The notes below the pieces were generated by a model. That model was not told where the DNA came from. It searched no databases and saw only the letters and a program-made list of their open reading frames with translations. A program made the position numbers and the translations under genes. Shown here one piece after another: positions 49,806 through 62,957 of a stretch of 64,000 bases of DNA; position 1 is the first letter of the stretch, and each line of letters starts with the position of its first letter. Source of the DNA: an uncultured Alphaproteobacteria bacterium (GTDB lineage Bacteria > Pseudomonadota > Alphaproteobacteria > Rhizobiales > Xanthobacteraceae); assembly GCA_963778745.1 (NCBI GenBank), contig CAVZVP010000007.1, positions 75,150 through 139,149 of the forward strand, given 5' to 3'.

Positions 49806-50924
49806 ATGTCCTGGTCATTGAACATCGGCAAGGTGGCCGGCACGGTTGTGCGTATCCATTTGACCTTCCTGCTGTTTCTCGCCTGGATTTTCGCCGCCAG
49901 TTATAGCCAGGGCGGCGCGGCCACCGCCTGGGACAGCGTCATATTCATGGTGCTGCTGTTCCTCTGCGTGCTGCTGCACGAGTTCGGCCACATCTTCACC
50001 GCGCGCGCCTTCGGCGTGGCGACGCCCTATGTGACATTGCTGCCGATCGGCGGCGTCGCGCAACTCGAGCGCATTCCGGAGGAGCCGGGGCAGGAATTTC
50101 TGATTGCGATCGCCGGCCCGCTGGTGAACGTGGTCATCACGATCCTGCTGGTGGCGATCGGCGGCGCGACGTTGCAATCGAACGCCGCGGCCGGTCTCGA
50201 CAATACGCAATTTTCGCTGATCGACCGACTGGCGGCAGTGAACGTGTTCCTGGCTTTGTTCAACATGATCCCGGCCTTCCCGATGGACGGCGGCCGCGTG
50301 CTGCGCGCGCTCTTGGCAAGCCGCATGGGCTATGTGCGGGCGACCGAAGTCGCCGCCGCCATCGGCCAGTTCGTCGCCTTCGCGCTCGGGTTTATCGGCC
50401 TGATGTACAATCCGATCCTGATCTTCATCGCCATCTTCGTCTATCTCGCAGCTTCGTCGGAAGCGCACATGGTGGCGCTGCGCGCCGCTTCGCGCGGCGT
50501 GCCGGTGAGCCACGCCATGGTGACCCATTTCGAGACGCTGACGCCCGAGGAACATCTGGACGCGGCGGTGCAGACCTTGCTGCAAACCGGTCAGGGTGAA
50601 TTCCCGGTGGTCGATGCTGCCGGCAAGCCGATCGGCGTGCTCGGCCGCGGCGACCTGATCCGCGCCATCAAGCAGCGCGGCCCCGACGCGCGCGTAGCAG
50701 GCGCCATGATTGCTAATATGCCGACCCTCGGCCACCGCACAACCCTTGAGCAGGCGTTCAAGCTGCTGCAGCAGAAGCAGGCGCCGGCGGTCGGCATCAC
50801 CGATGCCGGCGGTAAGCTGGTCGGGCTGGTCACCGGCGAGACCATCGCCGAAATGATGATGCTGCAGGAGGCATTGTCGCGCGGCAGCCAGGCCGGGCCC
50901 TGGGGCCGTCCGGCCGGGGCGTAA
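49806..50924 (+). CDS. site-2 protease (M50) family protein with tandem CBS domains
   Basis: ATG 49806; LLHEFGHIF and NMIPAFPMDGGRVL motifs; C-terminal CBS pair. Confidence 0.8.
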   Translation: MSWSLNIGKVAGTVVRIHLTFLLFLAWIFAASYSQGGAATAWDSVIFMVLLFLCVLLHEFGHIFTARAFGVATPYVTLLPIGGVAQLERIPEEPGQEFLIAIAGPLVNVVITILLVAIGGATLQSNAAAGLDNTQFSLIDRLAAVNVFLALFNMIPAFPMDGGRVLRALLASRMGYVRATEVAAAIGQFVAFALGFIGLMYNPILIFIAIFVYLAASSEAHMVALRAASRGVPVSHAMVTHFETLTPEEHLDAAVQTLLQTGQGEFPVVDAAGKPIGVLGRGDLIRAIKQRGPDARVAGAMIANMPTLGHRTTLEQAFKLLQQKQAPAVGITDAGGKLVGLVTGETIAEMMMLQEALSRGSQAGPWGRPAGA

Positions 50925-50973
50925 TAGCGGCCTACCCGATGAGCCGCCTGGCCGGTTTCGGCTCGATTCCTGC

Positions 50974-51658
50974 ATGCTCCGCGACGCAAAGATTGGCGAT
51001 GCAAATGAGCGCGCGCTAGTCTTGCCGGCCGGGAAGGCCGCAAAGATCGCGTCGAAAGGGCTGGCATGCACGATATCACACGGGATCTGGACAGCCGCGA
51101 AACGACCGACTGGGTCAGCGTGGACGTGCTGGCCGGCCTCTACGCGCAGGGCATCCTCGCCGAGCACTTCCGCTGGGCAGAGCTGGAGCAGCTTGTCTAT
51201 TCCGCTGATCGCTGGGAGCGCCGGTTGGTCGGCTCAACGGTGGCGAACGTCCCGCATGGCTTGCCGCGCCGCGCCGTCAGGAGCTGGCTCGTACTCCCGG
51301 TTTGACGCTCATCAAATCGCTGATCGGCGACGCAGAGCCGGACGTACAGAAGGCACTTTCGTGGGCGCTTCGCTCATGGTGGGAGGTCGACCCGTTCGGC
51401 ACGCGCGAGTTCATCCGCCAGGAGGCGATGCGCGCTCGATCGGAGAATGACGGCCACCGCGCTTGGGTGATGCGCGACGCACTGACCCTGCCCGGCATCG
51501 ACACCGGCTTCATCGAGGAGATCCGCGACCGGCTCGAGGGCGTTCGCCGGACCCCCGGCGCGCCGTCGACCAGCGCCGCGGCGGAGATCGCGGCCCAGTT
51601 CAAGGGTCTGCAGGAGCTGGCAGGCGCCGCCGTCGCCCAGCAGGGGAGCCGTTTCTAG
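50974..51658 (+). pseudogene. DNA alkylation repair (AlkD-like HEAT-repeat) protein, N-terminally truncated and frameshifted
   Basis: WVSVDVLAG...SADRWERRLVGS in one frame, LTLIKSLIGDAEPDVQKALSWALRSW in another (junction ~51250, another ~51008). Only about 45 codons are available upstream instead of about 100. Confidence 0.5.
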
Positions 51659-51675
51659 TGACCGGTAACGCTTAA

Positions 51676-54230
<2,555 letters not shown>

Positions 54231-54289
54231 CCGGTGGCGACGAGACACCGGCGTGACGGCACAGCCACTGGAGAGCGGGAGCCGCGTGA

Positions 54290-55372
54290 CGTCGTTCGGC
54301 TTCGAGCCAGTCGAGCCGCGCCATCGGCGAGACGCTTCGACCTCTACACCGGCAACGCCAACCCGCGAGCTGGCGCGCAAGATCGCGCGCTACCTGGACG
54401 TCGACGCTGGGCCAGTGCGAGGTGTTCGAGTTCGCCAACGAGAACATCTTCGTCAAGATCCTGGACAACGTCCGCGAGCACGACGTCTTCCTCGTCCAGC
54501 CGACCTGCTCGCCGGTCCAGAAGTCGATCATGGAGCTGCTGATCATGATCGACGCCTTCAAGCGCGCGAGCGCCGGGCGCATCACGGCCGTCGTGCCCTA
54601 CTACGCCTACGGCCGCTCGGACAAGAAGGACCAGCCGCGCGTGCCCATCACGGCGCGCCTCATCGCGGACATGATCAGCGTCGCGGGCGCCGACCGGCTG
54701 CTCACGATGGACCTCCACCAGGGCCAGATCCAGGGCTTCTTCAACATCCCGGTCGACGAGCTGACCGCCGTCCACCTGCTCTCGCAACCACTTCATCCAG
54801 AAGCGACCTCGAGGACCTGGTCGTGGTCACGGACCTCGGCTTCGCCAAGCGCGCCCGGACGTTCGCCGAGATCCTCGACGCGCCGCTGGCCATCATCGAG
54901 AAGCGCCGCCACGGCAACGACGACCGGGCCGAGGTGCTCAACGTCATCGGCGAGGTCAAGGGCAAGCGCGCCATCATCGTCGATGACGAGATCGACACGG
55001 CGGGCACGCTGATGGAGATCGACCCGCGCGCTGGAGCGCGAAGGCGTCACCGAGATCTACGCCTGCGCCACCCACGGCGTGCTGTCCGATCCGGCGATCG
55101 ACCGCATCCGCGACTCCGAGCCTGACGCGAGGTGGTCATCACCGACACCATCCCGCTGCCGCCCGCCAAGCAGCTGTCGCAAGATCAAGGTGCTGTCCGT
55201 CGCGCCGCTCATCGGCGAGGCCATCCGCCGCATCCACCGCGGCGAGTCGGTCGGCGCGCTGTTCTCGGCCGAGATCAAGCTCGTCCAGGAGATGGTGCTG
55301 TGGGACGAGCGGGTCGCCGAAGGCGCCCGCGACGACATCCGCGAGCCATCGCTTACGATGCAGCGAACATGA
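54290..55372 (+). pseudogene. prs: ribose-phosphate pyrophosphokinase, reading frame broken at least 7 times
   Basis: LYTGNANP / ELARKIARYLDV / FEFANENIFVKILDNVREHDVFLVQ...MELLIMIDAFKRASAGRITAVVPYYAYGRSDKKD...DLHQGQIQGFF / DLVVVTDLGFAKRA...IIVDDEIDTAGT / KIKVLSVAPLIGEAIRRIH, across alternating frames. 5' end approximate. Confidence 0.8.
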
Positions 55373-55606
55373 GTCTGCGTCTCTATCGCCCGGGTCCCGA
55401 CGGCCTCGAGCCGAGCCCCGGTCGAAGTCCGGACCTGGCGCAGCCGTCTGCGCTCGCGACGTTGGAAGCCGGCGGCTTTGGACAACCCGGAGTTCGCGCC
55501 GACCAGCCAGCGGCTGGCCGTCATCTTCTGGCTGGCGCTCGCGCTGCTTACGTTCGTGACCATCCTGGTCGGCTACGGCGTGGGTCTGTGGCACCTGCCC
55601 GCGTGA
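55369..55606 (+). pseudogene. possible small C-terminally membrane-anchored protein (frameshifted)
   Basis: ATGA overlap with prs stop. MSLRLYRPGPDGLEPSPG, then in the next frame EVRTWRSRLRSRRWKPAALDNPEFAPTSQRLAVIFWLALALLTFVTILVGYGVGLWHLPA. Confidence 0.25.
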
Positions 55607-55621
55607 GGGGCACGACTGCTG

Positions 55622-58600
55622 TTGCGCTGCTCTAACTGCGGTACCGAAAACCAGCCGGGCGCCAAGTTCTGTCTCGAATGCGGGACAGCGCTGGCCGCTG
55701 TCTGTCGTAACTGCGGGGCAGGACTGTCGGCGTCGGCCAAGTTCTGCCAGGAGTGCGGCACGCCGACCGGCGAAGTTCCTGCGCTGGCGAACGGCCAGGC
55801 TGCGCACGCAGAAGCGGCGCCGATCGCCGAGCTCCGCCTCGTTTCCATCTTGTTCGTCGACCTCGTCGGCTTCACCTCGCTTGCCGAGAAACGGGACGCC
55901 GAGGAGACGCGCGAGCTGCTCGGCCGCTACTTCGAGCGGCGCGCGAGATCGTCGGCCGCTACGGCGGAACGATCGAGAAGTTCATCGGCGACGCGGTCAT
56001 GACGGTGTGGGGCGCGCCGGTCGCCCACGAGAACGACGCCGAGCGCGCTGTGCGCGCCGCCCTCGACATCGTCGGCGCAGTGCCGACGCTGGCCGAAGGC
56101 CTCGAAGCGCGCGCCGGCGGTGCATGACCGGCGAGGCGGCAGTGACCATTGGCGCGACGAACCAGGGCATGGTCGCCGGCGACCTGGTCAACACGGCCAG
56201 CCGGCTGCAGTCGGTCGCGCCGCCCGGGAAGTGTCCTTGTCGGTGAGGCCACCCACCGCGCCGCCAGCGCGGCCATCGTGTTCGAGGCGGCAGGCGAGCA
56301 GTTGCTCAAGGGCAAGCAGGCGCCGGTGGCCGCATACCGCGCCGTACGGGTCATAGCCGAGCGCGGCGGTCGCGGTCGATCGGACAGGCTCGAAGCGCCG
56401 CTGGTCGGTCGCGAAGACGAGCTGCGCCTGCTCAAGGAGCTGTTCCACGCAACCGCTCGCGAGCGGCGGGTCCGGCTCGTGTCGGTGACCGGCCAGGCCG
56501 GTGTGGGCAAGAGCCGCATCACGCGCGAGCTGTCGCGCTACATCGACGGCATCGTCGAGACCGTCTACTGGCACCAGGGACGCTCACCGGCGTACGGCGA
56601 GGGGATCACCTTCTGGGCACTGGGCGAGATGGTCCGCGAACGCGCCGGCCTCGCCGAGTCGGACGACGAGGCGACCACCCGCGCGCAGCCTCGCTGAGAC
56701 GGTCGCGACCTGGGTGCCCGACGAGCAGGAGCAGCGCTGGATCGAGCGCGCTCTGCTAGCCCTGCTGGGCATCGAAAGCGCCGCTCAGAACACGCGCGAA
56801 GAGCTCTTCTCGGCGTGGCGGACGTTCTTTGAGCGCATCGCGGCGGTCGGGCCGGTCGTGCTCGTGTTCGAGGACCTCGAATGGGCCGACCCGGCCTGCT
56901 CGACTTCATCGACCACCTGCTCGACTGGAGCCGCAGCCTGCCACTGTTCATCGTCACGCTCTCGCGGCCCGAGCTCATCGATCGCCGCCCTGAGTGGGGC
57001 GCCGGCCGGCGCAACTTCGTCTCGATCGGCCTCGAACCGCTGCCTGAGCCTCAAATGCGAGAGCTGCTCGGCGAGCTGGTGCCCGGCCTGCCCGAGCGCG
57101 CCGCACGCTCGATCGTGGCGCGCGCCGACGGTATTCCGCTGTACGCGATGGAAACCGTGCGCATGCTCGTCGCTGAGGGCAAGCTGGTCGAAGCCAAGGG
57201 TGCGTACCAGCCTTCGGCCGACTTGTCGACGATCGCCGTGCCGGAGACACTTCACGCGCTGATCGCCGCGCGCCTCGACGCCCTCGAGCCTGTCGAGCGC
57301 AGCCTTATTCAGGTTGGCGCCGTGCTCGGCCAGAGCTTCACCCTTGGTGCGCTGGCCGCCGTTGCCGCCCTGTCGGGAAGCTGACATCGAAGAGCACCTG
57401 CGCAACCTGGTCCGACGTGAGCTTCTCATCCACGAGTCGGATCCGCGATCGCCCGAGCGTGGGCAATACGCCTTCGTCCAGGCGCTCATCCGCGAAGTCG
57501 CCTACGGCACGCTGGCCAAGGCCGATCGCCGCGCACGACACCTTGCCGCGGCGCGCTACTTCGAGTCAATGGGCGAGGACGAGCTGGCCGGCGCGCTGGC
57601 CGCCCACTACCTCGCTGCCTACCGCGCCTCAGCTGCCGGCCCCGAGGCCGATGCGCTGGCGGCTCAGGCACGCATCTCGCTAAAGGCAGCTGCTTCGCGC
57701 GCGGCGGCGCTGGGCAGTCCCGACCAGGCGGAGAGCCATTTCCTGGCGGCCGTCGACGTGACCGACGACCCGGCCGAGGCCGCCGACCTGTTGGAGCAGG
57801 CTGGTTTGGCCGCGCGCAGCGCCGGCCGGCACCAGGCCTGCCGAGGATCACCTGCGCGAGGCCATTGAGCGCCATCGCCAACTGGGTGACCGCGTCGGCA
57901 CAGCGCGGGCCGTCGGCAGACTTGGGTTGGCGCTGATTCCGGCTCATATCCCGCAAGCGATCGAGGTCCTGGAGCCGGCGGTCGACGAGTTCATCGATCT
58001 CGGCGACAGCGAAGAGCTGGCCATGATCGAACACCAGCTGGCGCGGGCTCATTGGCTCAGCAACAGGAACGAGCCGGCCCTCGTCTATGCCGACCGCGCT
58101 CTCGGCCGCGCCGAACGCATCGACTCCACCGCCCTCATCGCCGACATCCTCATCACCAAGGGCTCGTTGGTGCAGGCGAGTGGTCGCGGCCATGAAGGGG
58201 TCGCTCTGCTGCGGGCGGGCAAGGAATTGGCCGAGGCTAATGAGCTGACAGCGACCGTTACCCGCGGACTTCTTAACCTGAGCGCTTCTGGCAATGGCAT
58301 TGACCCGCGCCAGTCGTATCTCGATGCCCGCGAAGCGGTCCAGCTGGCACGTCGTTACGGGCTGCGTACGACGCTCTACACCGCCGGAGGCAATGCCATC
58401 GAGTCGGCTGTTTCGGTTGGCGAGTGGGCGTGGGCTGCGGCCGAGGCAGAACGGCTGATGACCGAAGACATCGAAGCCGTCGATCGCTTCGTCGTCTACC
58501 GCGGCGCCGAGGAGTTGAGAGCCTTCCGTGGCGAGCCAGTCGAGCAGATGCTGGCCGAACACGCCCACTTCATCAGCGGCGACGAGAACCCTGTCAATCA

Positions 58601-59102
58601 GTCCAACTACTCGGCCGCCAAGGCAGCGTACGAGTTCAGTACCGGCCTTTACCGCCCCGCGGCCGACAACTGGGAACGATCTGCCCAACTGAACTTCACC
58701 AACGCGCCCAGCGACTTGCCGCGCGCGGTCCGCGCCGCCCTGTGGATGAGCGACGTTGCGCTGGCGCAACGCCTGATTGGCGAGTACGAGGCGCTGCACG
58801 TGTTTGGAGCCTTTCCGAGCGCTTGGCGCGCGACCTACGCTGCCGGCGTGGCCGCGCTCCAGGGACGCCGAGACGAGGCCCTCGCTCTGTTCGCCGACGC
58901 CCAACTCAAATGGCCTGCGGCCAGCGTCATCTTCGAAGGAGCGCTGATCGGCATCGACATGCTCTTGACTCTCGACGCCGACGAACCGGCCGCACGCATG
59001 GCCGCGGAGACGTCAAGAGCCACCCTCGCCGAGTTGGGCGCTAAGCCCTTTGTTGAGCTAATTGACCGGTTGCTGGCAAAACCGGCTGCCGATTTCATCT
59101 GA
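55622..59102 (+). pseudogene. double zinc-ribbon + class III adenylate/guanylate cyclase + AAA(P-loop) ATPase + TPR-like protein, frame broken at least 7 times
   Basis: RCSNCGTENQPGAKFCLECG...CRNCG...AKFCQECG; cyclase LRLVSILFVDLVGFTSL, GTIEKFIGDAVM, GDLVNTASRL; Walker A VTGQAGVGKS; long helical-repeat C-terminus intact from ~57840 to stop 59102. Confidence 0.8.
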
Positions 59103-59112
59103 GAGGGCGGCA

Positions 59113-59555
59113 GTGACCGCACCGGCCAGCTGATCGCCTTCATCCGTTCGAGCGGCGCGCGCCCGCTGCGCTTCCTGGTTGTCGGTGGCGTCACCTTCGT
59201 CCTGCAGTACGGACTGCTGCTGCTGTTCGAAGCACCCGGATTGGACCCGAACGTGGCCTACGCGCTGGCCCTGGCTGTGGCCGTCCAGTTCAACTTCGTG
59301 GTCAGCCAGCTGCTCGTCTGGCCCGATCGTCCGCTGCACATCACGCTGGGCGATGTCTTGCGCCGCTGGGTCAGCTTCATCGCCATGATCGCGCTATCAC
59401 TGGTCATCAACCTGGGCGCTTTCATCATTGCCCGGGCGTTCGTCTCCGACCTGCCCGCCGCCGCCATCGGCGTGGCCGCGTCGACAGTCATCAAGTACCT
59501 GTCGCTGGACCGCTACACCTTTTCGAAGACGAACAGGTTGTTCAAGCCGAATTGA
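59113..59555 (+). pseudogene. GtrA-family membrane protein (probable frameshift at ~59128 near the start)
   Basis: Frame open from 59103 reads ...LIAFIRSSGARPLRFLVVGGVTFVLQYGLLLLF...KYLSLDRYTF but has no start codon. GTG 59113 lies in another frame and stops after 6 codons. Confidence 0.6.
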
Positions 59556-60061
59556 AAGCGCTGCCAGCGCTCCAGCTTGAAATCGGGCGCCGGGAAGATG
59601 TCGACCGTCTTTTCTGCTTTAAAGCCGTAGTGCTCATGCACAGCGATGCCGTCGACGAGGCGCAGTGCCGATAGCACATGCAGGATCGAGTCGACGCGGG
59701 CTGAAGGCACCGTCGCCACGATCCGACCACCAGGTTTGAGCATGCGCGAGCAGGCCGACGCCAGCTCCGCTTGCCGATCGGGCGGGATGTGCTCTAACAC
59801 GGCGAACATCGTGATCAGATCGGCGCGAACGTCCTGCGGCACAGCCTCTGGGAAATTGCCCGGGCACAGCTCGTAGTTGGGCCCAGTTTCGTGCTTCTCC
59901 AGGGCGGGGTCCACGCCGACGCCGCGGCCGATCAGCCCGTGCCACTCCTTGAACATCGCACCATCGGCGCAGCCCACGTCGACAACGACGTCGCCCTGCT
60001 TGACGAAGGGCCGGCCACGCTTGATGCGCGCCGACTGCAGGTAACGGTCGAGAAACTTCAT
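59513..60061 (-). CDS. class I SAM-dependent methyltransferase
   Basis: Real start MKFLDRYL (60061), ATGA overlap with the GT2 stop; VVDVGCADG motif I; upstream part of ORF 59513..60574 is out-of-frame overlap with the GT2 gene. Confidence 0.7.
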   Translation of the reverse strand: MKFLDRYLQSARIKRGRPFVKQGDVVVDVGCADGAMFKEWHGLIGRGVGVDPALEKHETGPNYELCPGNFPEAVPQDVRADLITMFAVLEHIPPDRQAELASACSRMLKPGGRIVATVPSARVDSILHVLSALRLVDGIAVHEHYGFKAEKTVDIFPAPDFKLERWQRFQFGLNNLFVFEKV

Positions 60062-61231
60062 GGCACCCGCGTCCCACGCTGCGGGATCTCCATCAGGCTG
60101 GCGAGGAACGCGACCAGCCACAGTTGAACGGCGGCAACGAACCCGGTCAGCGACAGGGCAAAGACACGCACCACGCTCGGGTCGGGCAGCGGGCCAAAGT
60201 TGACCGAAACCCACTGGTACACGGACCACGCCATGCCCATCAGGGTAACGATGAAGAGCACGACTCCAAAGACCAACAGCCGCTCGGGCGACAGTGCACG
60301 TAGAAACGCGGAATAGCGCGTGGACGGTGGCAACAGGCCGCGCAGCGTGGCATAGCGACGGGCCACCGCGGCGAACGTGATGCTCTGGACGCCTATCAAT
60401 ACCGCCATGCAGGCGGCAATGAATGTGTTGATGCCAAGCGTCGAAGCACCCAGCTTGATATCGCCGGGGAAGAGTACGAGAACCCCGGCCAGGCCGACCG
60501 CCAAGAGCACCAATCCGGGATACAGGAACAGCCAGCGCGGGCTGTAGATCAGCAGGAATCGCAGGTGGCGCCAACCGTCGCGCCAGGTGTTGAGGTGGGG
60601 CGGTCGGGATCGGCCGTCCTTCGACAGCGTCGTCGGCACCTCGGTCATCCGATAGTCGGCCAGCGCAGAGCGAACGACCATCTCGCTGGCGAACTCCATG
60701 CCGGTCGTCGACAGCCCCAGTTCGCGGATACGGTCGCGGTTGAAGCCGCGCAGGCCGCAGTGGAAATCGCCGATGGGGATGGAGAAGAACAGCCGGCCCA
60801 AACCGCTCAAGACCGGGTTGCCCAGGTACTTATGCGACGCCGTCATCGCTCCCGGCGCGATGCCGCCCTTGAAGCGATTGCCCATCACGACGTCGTAGCC
60901 CTCGCGCAGCTTCTCGACAAAGGGCATCAGCGACGAGAAGTCGTAAGACTGTGTCGGCGTCGCCCATGATCACGTAGCGGCCGCGCGCCGCCTCGATACC
61001 ACCCAGCAGCGCCGACCCGTAGCCACGTTGCGGCACCGGCACCATGCGCGCCCCTTCGGCGACGGCGATGTCGCGCGAGCCGTCGGTGCTGCCGTTGTCC
61101 GCGACCACGACCTCGCCGTCGACGTGATTGTCGGCAAGGAACTGGCGCGCCTGGCGCACGCACGCGGCGAGCGTCTCCGCCTCGTTGAGGCAGGGCATCA
61201 GGATGGTCAGTTCGAGATCCGGCTCCGCCAT
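60058..61231 (-). pseudogene. family 2 glycosyltransferase with C-terminal TM helices (polyprenyl-phosphate glycosyltransferase, GtrB/ArnC/DPM1-like), one frameshift
   Basis: MAEPDLELTILMPCLNEAETL...VVADNGSTDGS...YVIMGDADT in one frame, YDFSSLMPFVEKLREGYDVVMGNRF... plus 4 TM in the next; junction ~60950. Confidence 0.8.
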
Positions 61232-61233
61232 CT

Positions 61234-62829
61234 CTAGTAGCTGATCCAGGTCCAGCCGAATAAGTGGGCGGTCGCGAACTGGAAGATCCAGAGCACGCCC
61301 CACAGATTCACCAGTACGCCCGCGCCGACCAGCAACGCCTCATACCACTGCACTTTGCGGCCGATGGCGATGAAGATGAGCAACAGCATGTAGGGCATGT
61401 AGTCGAGCGTGTAGCGGTAGCCGAATTGGGCGTAACCGGTGGCCGCGAACGTCGCGTTGGACACCGCGATGACCAGGATCGCCGCCCACGCGGCGAGCAC
61501 CAGCCGATCCCGCGCGATCACTGCCGCGATCAGTGCGGCGACGATGGCGGCGGCGAAGGGCAGCAGGTGTAGTCCGGTCGCGTACAGATCGTTGCCCCAC
61601 TTGGGATCGGCGAAACCTTGCACCAGGGCGCGGAAGATCAAGAAGCTGCACGAAGCAAAAAGGCCGAAGGCAATCAGCAGCGCCAGCGGGCGCGCGTATT
61701 TCTTGAGATGGATGAACGGAATCAGCAGGATGGCCGGCGTCGTCACCCACGTCGCGAGTGCCCACCATGACGGCCAGATGAACGGGGGCGTGTCCGCCAC
61801 GTTCGGCATCTGCTCGAAGAACGCTTGCACGTGCAGGTGGAAATAGTTGATCGAGGCGATGCCGTAGGGCCACGAGCTGGCGAGGTGGATCTGATGGAAC
61901 TGCTCGCTGTACGTATAGCCCGTCTCGAACGGGCTGCCGAAGCGGGCGTAGTTGAGCGCGGCGCCGAGCAGGATGAATGGCGCCACGCCGAGTGCCAGCT
62001 TCACCAGCGGCTTGATGTTCAGGCGCTGTAAGAGAGGAACTCCGGGGGCAGCGTTCAGCCACTCGTTGGCGAAGTAGATCAGCGGGAAGATGCCGCCGAA
62101 GACGGTCGTCGGTCGGCACAGGAATGCCGCGCCGACAAAGGCACCGGCCAGGATGGGACTGCGCCTGACGAGCGTCGCCCAGATCGACAGCATGATGAAG
62201 AAGAAGGCGGTGGTGTGGGCGAAGTGCCAGACGCCGCCGTCGGACGCGCTGTACCAGTAGGTCGTGCCGAAGGCGGCCAGCACGGTCAGCACGAACTGCG
62301 TCCGCCGGTTCTCGACAAAATGGCGAATGATCGCGAACGCAACGACCGCCGCGAGCGCGCCGATGACACATGAGATCAGAGTCTGGTTGACGTCGAGTCC
62401 GAAGAAGAACGCAAAGGGGATCAGGAGGATCGCCGGGCCCAGAGAGTGCTGCATGTAGCTCAGGCAGTTGGCCGTGATGCGCGGGTTGACGACGTCCGCA
62501 TACGACGCCGGGCCGCGCGGGTCGTTGACAGGCAGGCAGAAGCCCTGGCCGTCGTACAGGACCCGTTCGAGAACGCTCAGGTTGCGCGTGTACTCCGCGG
62601 TCATGTCGAGGTGGCCGTGGATCATGTTGTTGGCCTGCGACAGCTGGAAGTCGTACGCAGTCTTGTGCGGCCCCAGTGCCCAATAGACAAGGAACGTGGC
62701 AACGAAGACGAGGATGCTCGCCTTGATCGCGTACTTGCGCTCTTGAGTCAGCTCGTAGCGCCAGCCGATCGCCGGCAGGGTCAGGGCGCGGACATTCGGC
62801 GACGGTTGTCCGGTCTGGGAATCAGCCAT
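61234..62829 (-). CDS. GT-C-fold-like polytopic membrane glycosyltransferase (ArnT/PMT/GT39-like by topology)
   Basis: Start MADSQTGQ (62829) avoids overlap with the divergent gene. 531 aa, at least 12 TM, first large loop with acidic/aromatic motif region. Placement after GT2 and near GtrA. Confidence 0.6.
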   Translation of the reverse strand: MADSQTGQPSPNVRALTLPAIGWRYELTQERKYAIKASILVFVATFLVYWALGPHKTAYDFQLSQANNMIHGHLDMTAEYTRNLSVLERVLYDGQGFCLPVNDPRGPASYADVVNPRITANCLSYMQHSLGPAILLIPFAFFFGLDVNQTLISCVIGALAAVVAFAIIRHFVENRRTQFVLTVLAAFGTTYWYSASDGGVWHFAHTTAFFFIMLSIWATLVRRSPILAGAFVGAAFLCRPTTVFGGIFPLIYFANEWLNAAPGVPLLQRLNIKPLVKLALGVAPFILLGAALNYARFGSPFETGYTYSEQFHQIHLASSWPYGIASINYFHLHVQAFFEQMPNVADTPPFIWPSWWALATWVTTPAILLIPFIHLKKYARPLALLIAFGLFASCSFLIFRALVQGFADPKWGNDLYATGLHLLPFAAAIVAALIAAVIARDRLVLAAWAAILVIAVSNATFAATGYAQFGYRYTLDYMPYMLLLIFIAIGRKVQWYEALLVGAGVLVNLWGVLWIFQFATAHLFGWTWISY

Positions 62830-62957
62830 TCGGGCCGGAGTGTGCCACAGCGCAGGCAACGACCGATGCCTGACTAAGGTTTCACGAGACGGCCCGTTGT
62901 GGGGCAGACGGTCGGCCGGCCGCGTATGATCGGCGCTCGTCACAAGGCAGGAGCGAC

